Both the position numbers and the translations under genes were made by a program. From positions 1 through 42,860 of the forward strand of contig CAYYTN010000002.1 in the NCBI GenBank assembly GCA_964474495.1: 42,860 nt of DNA, in the 5' to 3' direction. The notes under the pieces were generated by a model, which worked only from the letters and a program-made list of their open reading frames with translations, was not told the DNA's origin and made no database searches. Source of the stretch: an uncultured Chloroflexota bacterium. GTDB taxonomy: Bacteria > Chloroflexota > UBA11872 > VXNJ01. This document shows positions 35,010-42,860 of this stretch, one piece after another; position 1 is the first letter of the stretch, and every line of letters begins with the position of its first letter.

Positions 35010-36275
35010 ATGCCGGAAGTCCTGGTCGTCAACCGGAATCTGCAGAAAGAGAACTCGTGGCTGCTGGATACGTACCGGCGTGACGGCGGCTACCGGCAGG
35101 CCGAGCGGGCGGTGCGGGAGAGCACCCCGGAAGAGGTCATCGAGACGGTCACCGCTGCCGATCTCAAGGGGCGCGGTGGGGCGTTCTTTCCTACGGGGAT
35201 GAAATGGAAGTTTGTTCGCGCTGACCCGAATACGCCGCGCTACGTGGTGGCCAACGGCGACGAAAGCGAACCGGGCACCTACTGCAACCGCTTCCTCCTC
35301 GAAGAGGACCCGCACGGGTTTATCGAGGGGATGATCATCGCCGCGTTCGCCATCGACGCGCACACCGGCTACATCTACATTCGAGGCGAATACGGGTTCG
35401 CCGCTGAACGGGTCCGCGAGGCGCTGCGTGAGTGCTACGAAGCCGGGATTCTCGGCGAAGGGATCTTCGGCTCGGAGTACAAGCTGGACATCATCCTGCG
35501 ACGCGGCGCGGGCGCCTACATCTGTGGCGAGGAGACGGCGCTGTTCAACTCGCTGGAGGGCAAGCGGGGCAATCCGCGGTTCAAGCCGCCATTTCCCACG
35601 AATTCCGGGGTCTGGAGCAAACCGACGGCGATCAACAACATCGAGACCTTCGCCTGCGTGGCGCCGATCCTGGAACACGGCGCCGAATGGTTCAAGGATC
35701 TGGCGGTCGGCGAGGGCAACGCGGGGACGAAGGTTTATTGCCTGTCGGGCACCGTGCAGCGGACGGGGCTGTTCGAGTTGCCGCTCGGGACGACCGCGCG
35801 GGAATTGATCTTCGAGTACGGCGGCGGGTTGCCGGAGGGCCGGACGCTGAAGGCGTTCAAACCGGGCGGCGCGTCGGCAGCGGTGCTTACTCCGGACCTG
35901 CTGGACGTACGGCTGGACCCGAGCATCATGCAGCACGACACGATCATGGGGACCGGCGGCTGCATCGTGCTGGACGACACGGTCTCGATTGTGGAATCGG
36001 CCTACCGGGACGCGCTCTTCTTCGAGGAAGAGAGCTGCGGCTTCTGCATTCCCTGCCGCGAGGGCACCCCGAACCTGGTGCAGATCCTGGAGCGGATCCT
36101 GCACGGCGACGGCTCAATGGCCGACCTGGACCTGCTGGAGTCGATCGGCGAGTCGATGGCGTCGTCGTTCTGCGGTCTCGGGCAGTTCGCCTACCGGCCG
36201 GTAGTCGGGGCGCTGCACCGCTTCCGCGCCGAGTTCGAGGGCTATATCCGCGGGGAACTGCCGGTTTCGGCGTAG
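35010..36275 (+). CDS. nuoF: NADH-quinone oxidoreductase subunit F-type (FMN/NADH-binding, [4Fe-4S])
   Basis: GRGGAFFPTGMKW, ANGDESEPGTYCNRFLLE, YICGEETALFNSLEGKRGNPRFKPPFP, ESCGFCIPCREG and SFCGLGQ. Confidence 0.92.
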   Translation: MPEVLVVNRNLQKENSWLLDTYRRDGGYRQAERAVRESTPEEVIETVTAADLKGRGGAFFPTGMKWKFVRADPNTPRYVVANGDESEPGTYCNRFLLEEDPHGFIEGMIIAAFAIDAHTGYIYIRGEYGFAAERVREALRECYEAGILGEGIFGSEYKLDIILRRGAGAYICGEETALFNSLEGKRGNPRFKPPFPTNSGVWSKPTAINNIETFACVAPILEHGAEWFKDLAVGEGNAGTKVYCLSGTVQRTGLFELPLGTTARELIFEYGGGLPEGRTLKAFKPGGASAAVLTPDLLDVRLDPSIMQHDTIMGTGGCIVLDDTVSIVESAYRDALFFEEESCGFCIPCREGTPNLVQILERILHGDGSMADLDLLESIGESMASSFCGLGQFAYRPVVGALHRFRAEFEGYIRGELPVSA

Positions 36276-36303
36276 GGACTTGGGTTGATGCTGGTCGGCC
36301 GGC

Positions 36304-37635
36304 TCAAGAGATCAGCAGGACGCCGGCGAGACCCAGGTAGATGACGAGGCTGAGGGCGTCGTTGACGGTGGTGATGAGGGGTCCCGAAGCGATGGTGGGG
36401 TCGACCCGGAGGCGGCCGAGCACCAGCGGCACCGCGGACCCCAGGGCGGCCGCCAGCATCAACGACAGAGTCATGCTGAGGCCGATATGCAGGCCGAGCC
36501 AGGGGTCCCACTGCCAGACGAAGGCCAGGAAGCCGGCGATCACCCCGCTGGCGAGGCCCAGCATCAACCCGTAGTGAGCCTCCCGGAATACAGTGCGCGC
36601 CGGGTGGGCGGGGGCGCGGCCTTCCTGGAGCGATCCCAGCGCGGCGGCCAGCGACTGCACGCCGACGCTGCCGGCGGTGGCGGTGACGATCGGGATGAAA
36701 AGGGCCAGGACGATCAGCCGCTGGATCTCGTCGATGAACTCGTTCATTAGCAACGCCACCGCCAGTTCACCGATCACAGTGACGAGCAGCCAGGGAAGCC
36801 GATAGAAGACCGGCCCGAAGAAGCGTGGTTGACGGCTGGTGGAGTCCTCGAAACTCCCGGAGACGCGGAGCAGGTCTTCCAGCGCCTCCTCGGTGAGCAC
36901 GTCCACGGCATCGTCAATCGTGATCATGCCTACCAGGTGACCGTCGTCATCGACCACCGGCACCGCGAGGAGGTCGTATTTCGCCATGGTCTGAGCTACC
37001 AGCTCCTGGTCGGTGCGGACGCTAATGCGGACGACGTCCGGATCGCAGAGCAGCCCCACATCGATATCCGGCGGCGCGCCGACCAGAGCGCGCAGGGAGA
37101 CGACGCCGACCAGGGTGTCGGCGGCGTCCACGACATAGACGTAGTAGATGTCGTCGGCGCGCTGGATTTGCTCGCGGACGCCGTCCAGCGCCTCGCGGAC
37201 CGGGCGGTCGGACCGGGCGGCGGCGTAGGTTGTGGTCATCAGGCGCCCGGCGGAGTCCTCAGCGTAGGCGAGGGCGCTCTCCACCTCGCGGACGGCGTCG
37301 TCGGGCATCGAGCGCAGAAGTTGCTCGGCCTGCTCGCCGCTGAGGTCGGCGATCAGTTCGGCGGCGTCATCCGATTCCAGTTCTTCGACGACGCGGGAAA
37401 GCCGGCCCCACTCGGTACCCTCGACCAGGGCTTCGGTGGTTTCCTCGCCGGCTTCGTCGAGCACTTCGGCGGCGACCGGATTGGAAAGCAGGGAGAAGAT
37501 CAGCAGCCGCTGCTCATCCTCCAGTTCATCGACGAAGTCGGCGACGTCGGCCGGGTGCATGTCGAGGAGGCGGGCGCGCAGAGCGCCGCGATCGCCGGCT
37601 GCGACGAGTGCGTTGAGGTCGGCTTCAGGAGTCAT
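36304..37635 (-). CDS. mgtE: magnesium transporter MgtE
   Basis: Acidic MgtE_N region, a CBS pair (...VGVVSLRALV... / ...LLAVPVVDDDGHLVGMITIDD...), and a C-terminal 5-TM MgtE domain. Confidence 0.9.
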   Translation of the reverse strand: MTPEADLNALVAAGDRGALRARLLDMHPADVADFVDELEDEQRLLIFSLLSNPVAAEVLDEAGEETTEALVEGTEWGRLSRVVEELESDDAAELIADLSGEQAEQLLRSMPDDAVREVESALAYAEDSAGRLMTTTYAAARSDRPVREALDGVREQIQRADDIYYVYVVDAADTLVGVVSLRALVGAPPDIDVGLLCDPDVVRISVRTDQELVAQTMAKYDLLAVPVVDDDGHLVGMITIDDAVDVLTEEALEDLLRVSGSFEDSTSRQPRFFGPVFYRLPWLLVTVIGELAVALLMNEFIDEIQRLIVLALFIPIVTATAGSVGVQSLAAALGSLQEGRAPAHPARTVFREAHYGLMLGLASGVIAGFLAFVWQWDPWLGLHIGLSMTLSLMLAAALGSAVPLVLGRLRVDPTIASGPLITTVNDALSLVIYLGLAGVLLIS

Positions 37636-37863
37636 TGATGAAAGCCCGTCGGCTGCGGCGAAGGGTATCGAGCCCTTCTTGCGGTTCGTTGGGAGCCGTG
37701 GTTCCGGCGGCGGCTTCGCCGATGTGCCGCGAGGGCACCTGGCCGAGGAATCGAGGGGACCGCCGGTCCCGCCCGAAGGGGGAGGATGTTAGCACGGAGA
37801 TGGCGGCGTCCTGCTGGTTTGGACCCGGGCCGCGGGGGCGGACCGGGCCCGGGAGCGCCCGGC

Positions 37864-38655
37864 CTAACCGGGGGCCGGGGACGACTTCTGGCGGAACTCG
37901 CAACGCTCGGCAAAGTCGCAGTATTCGCAGCGCTCGCCGGGATCGGGCGGAAAGTCGGCGGCGGCGATCCGGCCGCCGGTCGCGACGATTTCCGCGCGAG
38001 TGGTGTCGATCCGCGCGGGGTCCAGTTCGGCCGTTGATTTGGTGTTGTCGGTCAGGTAGTAGAGGCTGACGCGGCGCGGATGCAGGCCCCAGTGATCCCG
38101 GCACGCCAGGGCGTAGATGGAAAGCTGCAGGCTGTCGCGGGCCGGGTCGCCGGCGGGGGCGGAGCCGGATTTGTAGTCGATCACTTCAACGTCGCCGGAC
38201 CCGAGATCTTCTATCCGGTCCACGATCCCCTCGATGCTATCGGCGCCGATCTGGAGCCGGAAGCGCTCTTCCAGCATCAGCGGCCGCCCGAAATCGGCGC
38301 TGTTCTTCTCCCAAAAACCGTTGACCAACCCCTGCGCCCGGCGCCGCTGGTCGCCGGTTCCGTCCCGGTCGAGAATTCGGGCGCTTCGCCAGCGGCCGTC
38401 AAAGATGGTCTCCATGTCCTTGATACCGAGGGAAAGACCGTCCCGGACGCGTTCGAGGAAGTCGGAAATCACGTTGTGGACCACGGCGCCCGCCAGCAAT
38501 CGTGGCTGAAACGGCACCCGAACTTTTTCGACGTAGCGAAGCTGGTAGGCCCACGGGCAGAAGTGGTACAGGCTGAGCTTGGTGTAGCTGAGTCGCAGGG
38601 GAGATCCTCGATCGGGAGATTGATGTTGTCGGGGCGCGGCCCGACCGATAATCAA
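37864..38655 (-). CDS. PD-(D/E)XK nuclease, Cas4/AddB-like with Fe-S cysteines
   Basis: SYTKLSLYHFCPWAY (N-terminal Cys), GIVDRIEDL...VEVIDYKSG (D...E-x-K), QLSIYALA (QxxxY), and C-terminal CEYCDFAERC. TTG is the only canonical start. Confidence 0.75.
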   Translation of the reverse strand: MIIGRAAPRQHQSPDRGSPLRLSYTKLSLYHFCPWAYQLRYVEKVRVPFQPRLLAGAVVHNVISDFLERVRDGLSLGIKDMETIFDGRWRSARILDRDGTGDQRRRAQGLVNGFWEKNSADFGRPLMLEERFRLQIGADSIEGIVDRIEDLGSGDVEVIDYKSGSAPAGDPARDSLQLSIYALACRDHWGLHPRRVSLYYLTDNTKSTAELDPARIDTTRAEIVATGGRIAAADFPPDPGERCEYCDFAERCEFRQKSSPAPG

Positions 38656-38658
38656 ATC

Positions 38659-38874
38659 ATGGCGAGGTTAGCAGGCATAGAGCGGACGACCGTGAACGAA
38701 ACGATGCTCGCCCGGCTCCGGCGCCTGAAGTCGGAGCAGGACGGCGGGCAGCGGCTATTGGTCCACCGACTCGACGATCAACTAACCGGGCCGCGTGACC
38801 GCGACGGCAGCCAGCACTTCGATGTCAACGAGCTAATCCCCGGCCACTTTCAGTTCGTGAACATCCTGATCTAG
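38659..38874 (+). CDS. candidate small ORF (71 aa), hypothetical
   Basis: These are the last 72 codons of track ORF 38080..38874, starting at ATG 38659. Third positions are mostly G/C. It ends 17 nt before the AnmK-like gene. It is only 3 nt from the divergent nuclease start, which leaves no promoter room, so it is doubtful. Confidence 0.3.
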   Translation: MARLAGIERTTVNETMLARLRRLKSEQDGGQRLLVHRLDDQLTGPRDRDGSQHFDVNELIPGHFQFVNILI

Positions 38875-38891
38875 CCCGGGCCCCCGGTATC

Positions 38892-40100
38892 ATGGCGGGC
38901 ATGGCACACGTGGCGCTAACGGGGGTTGGTATCGCACCCACCGGATACGCGCGGGGCGCCCACGCGGTGGTGGTGGAGATTGTGGCGAGGAAGGGCGTCC
39001 TGGGGGTGCAGCCGCTGTGGACCCACGCCATCGATTTCCCGCTCGATCTGACCAGCCGGCTCCACGACCTGACCCGGCGCCATGTCGAGCGGGCGGAGTT
39101 GCTGTCGCTCGATAACGAAATCGGCGGCCACTACGCCGAGCTGGTGGAGGACCTGCTGGTGGGGGCGCGGATCGGCGATCGCCAGATCCAGTTCGTGGCG
39201 ATGCAGGGGGTGGCGATCGGCGCGGTGGATGAGCATCCCGGGGCGAATCTGCCGGCGGAGCTGAAGGTGGCGCACCTGGGGATCACCGTAGTCTCGGATT
39301 TCGCGGCGGCCGATATGACCGCGGGGGGGTGCGGATTGCCGGTCGACACCCTGGTCGATCATCAGATGTTCGAGGAAGAGAGACTCGGGACGCTGGTCGT
39401 GTCACTCGGGGCGCTGGCCGGGATCGCAGTCCTGCCGCCGGCCGGTTCGGATCTGGCCCCGTTTGGGTTCACTACCGGCCCGGGGATGGTGCTCAACGAG
39501 ATCCTCGCGCTTGCCGGAACAGATGTGGGGCCGGAGACTGCCGGCGCGGATCGACCGAACGTCATCGCTGAACCGCGGGAGGCTTTGCTGGCCCGATTGA
39601 TGCGCCATCCGTACCTGGAGATCCCGCCACCAAAATCGACCGGGGTCGGACCTTTTGGCGCTCGGTTGATCGATGCGGTGCGCAAGTGGCCGGAGGCGGA
39701 GGGGATCGAGCCGGCGGAGCTGGCGGCGACATTCCGCGCCTTCACGGCCCGCTCGATCGCCGACGCGGTCAAACGATTCGTGCCCGGCGAATACTCGATC
39801 GAGCGGACGATCGTGGGCGGAACCGGGGCGAGTGATCCGGAGCTGGTGGCGCAACTGAAGCTCGCGCTGCCGGATTGCCCGGTCCTACGCTACGAAATGT
39901 TTGGCCTGCCCGGAGGCTCGCGCGATGCCATCACTGCGGCGATGCTGGGAGCGACGGCGCTCGCTGGGATACCGAATAATGTGCCGGGTAGTACCGGGGC
40001 GGCGGAGCCGGTTGTGATGGGCAAGATCGCCCACGGGAAGAACTACAACGCGTTGCGCGGTGAGGCGCTGTCGCTGAGGAGCGAATGGCTGGGGCGCTAG
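38892..40100 (+). CDS. anhydro-N-acetylmuramic acid kinase (AnmK/UPF0075)-like protein, divergent motifs
   Basis: Collinear with AnmK landmarks: ITVVSDFAAADMTAGGCGLPV (cf. DFR.RD.A.GGQGAPL), TTGPGMVL (cf. DTGPGN), PPKSTGVGPF (cf. PKSTGRE.F), VGGTGASDPELV (cf. GGG..N..L), and NVPGSTGAAEPVVMGKI (cf. LP.VTGA....G.I). Confidence 0.65.
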   Translation: MAGMAHVALTGVGIAPTGYARGAHAVVVEIVARKGVLGVQPLWTHAIDFPLDLTSRLHDLTRRHVERAELLSLDNEIGGHYAELVEDLLVGARIGDRQIQFVAMQGVAIGAVDEHPGANLPAELKVAHLGITVVSDFAAADMTAGGCGLPVDTLVDHQMFEEERLGTLVVSLGALAGIAVLPPAGSDLAPFGFTTGPGMVLNEILALAGTDVGPETAGADRPNVIAEPREALLARLMRHPYLEIPPPKSTGVGPFGARLIDAVRKWPEAEGIEPAELAATFRAFTARSIADAVKRFVPGEYSIERTIVGGTGASDPELVAQLKLALPDCPVLRYEMFGLPGGSRDAITAAMLGATALAGIPNNVPGSTGAAEPVVMGKIAHGKNYNALRGEALSLRSEWLGR

Positions 40101-40109
40101 CCCCGCTGC

Positions 40110-40742
40110 CTAGCTCCGTTCCTCGATCGTCACCTTGATGATGCGGACATCTTCCGCCGGGGATGACTTCTCGCCGCTCGGGCCGACGTTGGTCTCCACA
40201 TCGTTGATCTTGTCGACGGTGTCCAGACCCTCGTCTAGCACACCAAACAGCGCGTACTGCTTCGGGAGCCGGCCGGTGAGGTCGTCCAGGGTGATGAAGA
40301 ACTGGCTACCGCCGGAGCCGGGGGTGCCCTTGTTGGCCATGGCGAAGGTGCCCTTGACGTAGTTCAGGTCGGAGGGAATGGGGTCCTCTTCGATGGTGTA
40401 GCCGGGGCCGCCGGTGCCGGTGCCGGTGGGGTCGCCGCTCTGCAGGACGAAGCCTTTGACGATGCGGTGGACGATGAGTCCGTCGAAGTACCCCTGCTTG
40501 GCCAGAAAGACGAAGTTGTTTACCGCGTGCGGCGCGGCGTCGGGGAAGAGCCGGCCGCTCATCGTCCCGTGGGTGGTTTCAACCGTCACCAGGTACTCGG
40601 TGTCGGCGTCGATCGTCATCTCCGGGGGCGCGTCCCACTGCATGGTCCCTCCATCGGGTTTCGAGCTGCTTGACTCTTCTTCACCGCAGGCGGACAGCGT
40701 GGCCACGAGCAACAGGATCGCCGCAACGATTTTGAGCGTCAT
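40110..40742 (-). CDS. cyclophilin-type peptidyl-prolyl cis-trans isomerase, lipoprotein
   Basis: Lipobox LVATLSAC. GYFDGLIVHRIVKGFVLQSGDPTGTGTGGPGY and FAMANKGTPGSGGSQFFIT. ATG 40742 lies 7 nt after GGGGAG. ATG 40748 and GTG 40757 are alternative starts. Confidence 0.88.
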   Translation of the reverse strand: MTLKIVAAILLLVATLSACGEEESSSSKPDGGTMQWDAPPEMTIDADTEYLVTVETTHGTMSGRLFPDAAPHAVNNFVFLAKQGYFDGLIVHRIVKGFVLQSGDPTGTGTGGPGYTIEEDPIPSDLNYVKGTFAMANKGTPGSGGSQFFITLDDLTGRLPKQYALFGVLDEGLDTVDKINDVETNVGPSGEKSSPAEDVRIIKVTIEERS

Positions 40743-40973
40743 CAGCATGCTCCCCACTGCCTGTACGAGGTGTCCGGCCGCGATTTCAATTCATTCGCCG
40801 CCTAGTATGCCGCATCGGGGCGGGATGCGGACCGCTGAAGAGGCGCGGGAGTTCGGAGCGACCGGCGCTGCCCGGGTGGCCGACTTGCGCGATGGCGGCC
40901 GCTCGTCAAGACTGGCCGGGGCCGGCTCTGCCGGCCTCCGAGCCGCGATTCGAATCCCGCGGGAGCGACGCAG

Positions 40974-42290
40974 ATGAACGAGATCAAGGACCTGGCCCGC
41001 GGCGCGATTGAACGCCGCCGCCAGGCCGTCATCGATGTGGGCGATCGCATCCTGCACATGCCGGAGTTGGGGTTCAAGGAGTACCGGACCGCGGGAGTGG
41101 CGAAGGAGTTCCTGGAAAGCCTGGGCCTGGCGGTCCGGGATCGAATTGCGTTGACCGGCCTGAAGGCGATCCTGGACACGGGACGACCCGGCCCGACGGT
41201 GGCGGTGATGGGGGAATTGGACGCGCTGGTAGTGGCCGGGCATCCGCTGGCCGACCCGGAAACCGGCGCCGCCCACGCCTGCGGGCACAACGGTCAGATA
41301 GCCGGGATGCTGGCGGCCGCGATCGGCCTGAGCGACCCGGCGGTGCTGGCCGGGCTCTGCGGGCGGATTGTCTTCATCGCCGTCCCGGCGGAGGAATACG
41401 TTGAGGTCGAATACCGACACGAGCTGGTCCGCAACGGGAGATTGCACTTTCTGGGCGGGAAACCGGAACTGGTGGCGCTGGACGAGCTGGCCGATGTCGA
41501 CATCGGCATGATGGTCCACCTGGCGCCGATGGAGCACCGGGCCGGAGTGGCCGAGTCCAACAACGGCTGCGTGGTGAAGATGATCCGGTATCTGGGCAAG
41601 GCATCGCACGCCGGCGGCGCTCCGCACGACGGCGTCAACGCCCTGAACGCCGCCAATCTCGGGATGCAGGCGATCCACGCGCAGCGGGAGACCTTTCGTG
41701 ATGAAGACGCGATCCGGGTCCACCCGATCATCACCCGTGGCGGCGACATCGTGAATGTGGTCCCGGCGGAAGTCACGATGGAAACGTACGTACGCGGAAA
41801 GACCCTGGAGGCCATCTTCGACGCGGAGAGAAAGGTCGACCGGGCGCTGAAGGCCGGCGCGATGGCGGTGGGCGCGACGGTCGAGATCGAGACCCTGCCG
41901 GGTTACATGCCCCTCCAGAATCATGCCGAGCTGGGCGATCTTTTCATGGCGAACGTGGCCGGCATGTTCGGCCCCGAGAGCGTGAAAAGGGACGGACATC
42001 GGGCCGGCTCGACGGATATGGGCGATCTAAGTCACCTGATGCCGACGATCCACCCTTACATGAATGGAATCACCGGTGCGGGGCACTCGGTCGATTGGAC
42101 GGTCACCGATCAGGGCGCCGCCTACGTTGATCCCGGTATCGCCATGGCAATGACCACCATCGACCTGCTCGGAAACGGTGGCAAGCAGGGGGAACGGATA
42201 GTCAATGAGTTTCGAGCCCCGCTGAGCCGCGACGAGTACCTGGAAGTCCAGCGGGCAGTGTTCCGGAAGGACGTTTTCGGACCGGAATAG
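40974..42290 (+). CDS. M20-family metallo-amidohydrolase/peptidase
   Basis: MGELDAL...AHACGHNGQIAGML metal-binding pattern, 438 aa. GGGAG lies upstream of the ATG. The substrate is unknown. Confidence 0.8.
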   Translation: MNEIKDLARGAIERRRQAVIDVGDRILHMPELGFKEYRTAGVAKEFLESLGLAVRDRIALTGLKAILDTGRPGPTVAVMGELDALVVAGHPLADPETGAAHACGHNGQIAGMLAAAIGLSDPAVLAGLCGRIVFIAVPAEEYVEVEYRHELVRNGRLHFLGGKPELVALDELADVDIGMMVHLAPMEHRAGVAESNNGCVVKMIRYLGKASHAGGAPHDGVNALNAANLGMQAIHAQRETFRDEDAIRVHPIITRGGDIVNVVPAEVTMETYVRGKTLEAIFDAERKVDRALKAGAMAVGATVEIETLPGYMPLQNHAELGDLFMANVAGMFGPESVKRDGHRAGSTDMGDLSHLMPTIHPYMNGITGAGHSVDWTVTDQGAAYVDPGIAMAMTTIDLLGNGGKQGERIVNEFRAPLSRDEYLEVQRAVFRKDVFGPE

Positions 42291-42387
42291 CCCGGGGGCG
42301 CCCCGCCGGTGAGCGGCGCGCGCGAGATCGTCGTACCATTCTGAATTGTCTTCCCGCCGGGCGGACGAGATTTGAGAGCGAAACCGG

Positions 42388-42860
42388 GTGGCCACCCCAG
42401 AGCGAAACAGCGAGCAGGCGGTCGAAGGGTCAAAGAAGACCGGGTCGACAGCTGCGGTCGTGACTGACGGCGGATCCGGTTCACGCAGGGTCCTCGGGCT
42501 GGCGTGGCCGGTGTTCGTGGAGAACCTTCTGCAGACGATGGTGGGGGCCGTCGATACGTTGATGGTCTCGGTGCTTGGGACGGCGGCGCTGGCCGGCGTG
42601 GGTACGTCGGTGATCCTGATCTGGGTGATTCAGTCTTCCATCATGGCGGTTGCGATGGGGGGCAACGTGCTGGTGGCGCACGCGGTGGGCGCCCGAGATC
42701 AGGCGCTGATCGGCCGGTCGGCCAAACAGACGATTGTGCTGGGTCTTGTATTGAGTCTCGTGCTGACGATCGTCGGGTCGCTCTTCGCGGAGCAGTCGGT
42801 GGGGCTGCTGGGCCCGGAGGACGAAGTGCTCAAGATCGGCGCCGACTACATGCTGGTGAC
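42388..42860 (+). CDS. MATE family efflux transporter, N-terminal part (runs off the right edge)
   Basis: The open frame runs from the stop at 42373-75 to the window end, so it is not in the track. VLGLAWPVFVENLLQTMVGAVDTLMVSVLGTAALAGVG is a typical MATE N-terminus. The start is GTG 42388 or GTG 42460. Confidence 0.75.
   Translation, partial: MATPERNSEQAVEGSKKTGSTAAVVTDGGSGSRRVLGLAWPVFVENLLQTMVGAVDTLMVSVLGTAALAGVGTSVILIWVIQSSIMAVAMGGNVLVAHAVGARDQALIGRSAKQTIVLGLVLSLVLTIVGSLFAEQSVGLLGPEDEVLKIGADYMLV

Noticed and set aside
35004-36104. 366-aa - strand ORF, plus + strand ORFs in alternative frames (35432..36340 and others)
   Set aside because: They overlap nuoF, whose frame carries every NuoF signature. 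The alternatives are Arg-rich shadows.
37636-37863. M-box (Mg2+) riboswitch in the 228-nt leader of mgtE
   Set aside because: On the minus strand I could not find the conserved M-box blocks as I recall them (GUUAGGUGAGGCUCC, GACGCUAAUGGGUCAACAG, GUGCUAAAGCUCUACG). There is only a GUGCUAAC fragment in the wrong position, plus generic GC hairpins. A cmsearch with RF00380 would settle it.
38080-38658. Upstream part of the 264-aa + strand ORF 38080..38874
   Set aside because: It is antisense to the PD-(D/E)XK nuclease gene. Only the last 72 codons, beyond the nuclease start, were retained as a low-confidence candidate.
40925-40970. tRNA-like T-arm (GCCGCGATTCGAATCCCGCGG) upstream of the M20 gene
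   Set aside because: The stem encloses a 10-nt loop. No acceptor, D or anticodon arms can be built from the flanking sequence. The 3' flank is the SD (GGGAG) of the M20 gene.
40791-41999. 402-aa - strand ORF
   Set aside because: It is antisense to the M20 amidohydrolase gene and has Arg/His/Gln/Asp-rich composition.
1-42860. CRISPR arrays, IS elements/transposases, integrases, prophage or rRNA/tRNA genes
   Set aside because: I saw no regularly spaced direct repeats, no terminal inverted repeats flanking a transposase-like ORF, and no recombinase motifs in any credible ORF. The only tandem duplication found is the 183-nt riboswitch module.

Overview
This is a visibly high-GC bacterial chromosomal segment around the replication-origin neighbourhood. 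It shows no transposase, integrase, CRISPR array, rRNA or tRNA. Many of the longest ORFs in the track are antisense shadows of real genes, as expected at this GC content.

Gene order, left to right:
- a Tat-secreted clan GH-A-like glycosidase (-)
- an 11-gene complex I operon, nuoABCDHIJKLMN, with no E/F/G
- a zincin-like protein
- a small membrane protein (-)
- about 790 nt with no credible ORF
- dnaA, a 356-nt gap that is AT-richer in part and carries DnaA-box-like motifs, then parA and parB, with a perfect parS inside parB
- a small polybasic tail-anchored ORF and a SAM methyltransferase
- an LCP protein (-)
- an LpxL/PatA-family acyltransferase and folC
- a dual-HTH XRE regulator
- a secreted LGFP-like/beta-propeller protein (-)
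- a solitary Zn-ribbon DNA methyltransferase with a small downstream ORF (-)
- a Flp/Tad pilus operon (flp, tadV, cpaB, tadZ, tadA, tadB, tadC, DUF192)
- a detached nuoE-nuoF pair
- mgtE (-) and a Cas4-like PD-(D/E)XK nuclease (-)
- a divergent AnmK-like protein, a lipoprotein cyclophilin (-), an M20 amidohydrolase and the start of a MATE transporter

The most notable element is in the flp leader. It holds two tandem c-di-GMP-I (GEMM-I)-like riboswitch units, each ending in its own stem plus U8 terminator. They precede a 57-aa Flp pilin gene that is too short to appear in the ORF track.

The Tad locus has no secretin, and an LCP protein is present. Both fit a monoderm-type high-GC lineage, such as Chloroflexota/Thermomicrobia-like or Actinomycetota. 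Taxonomy cannot be settled from this window.
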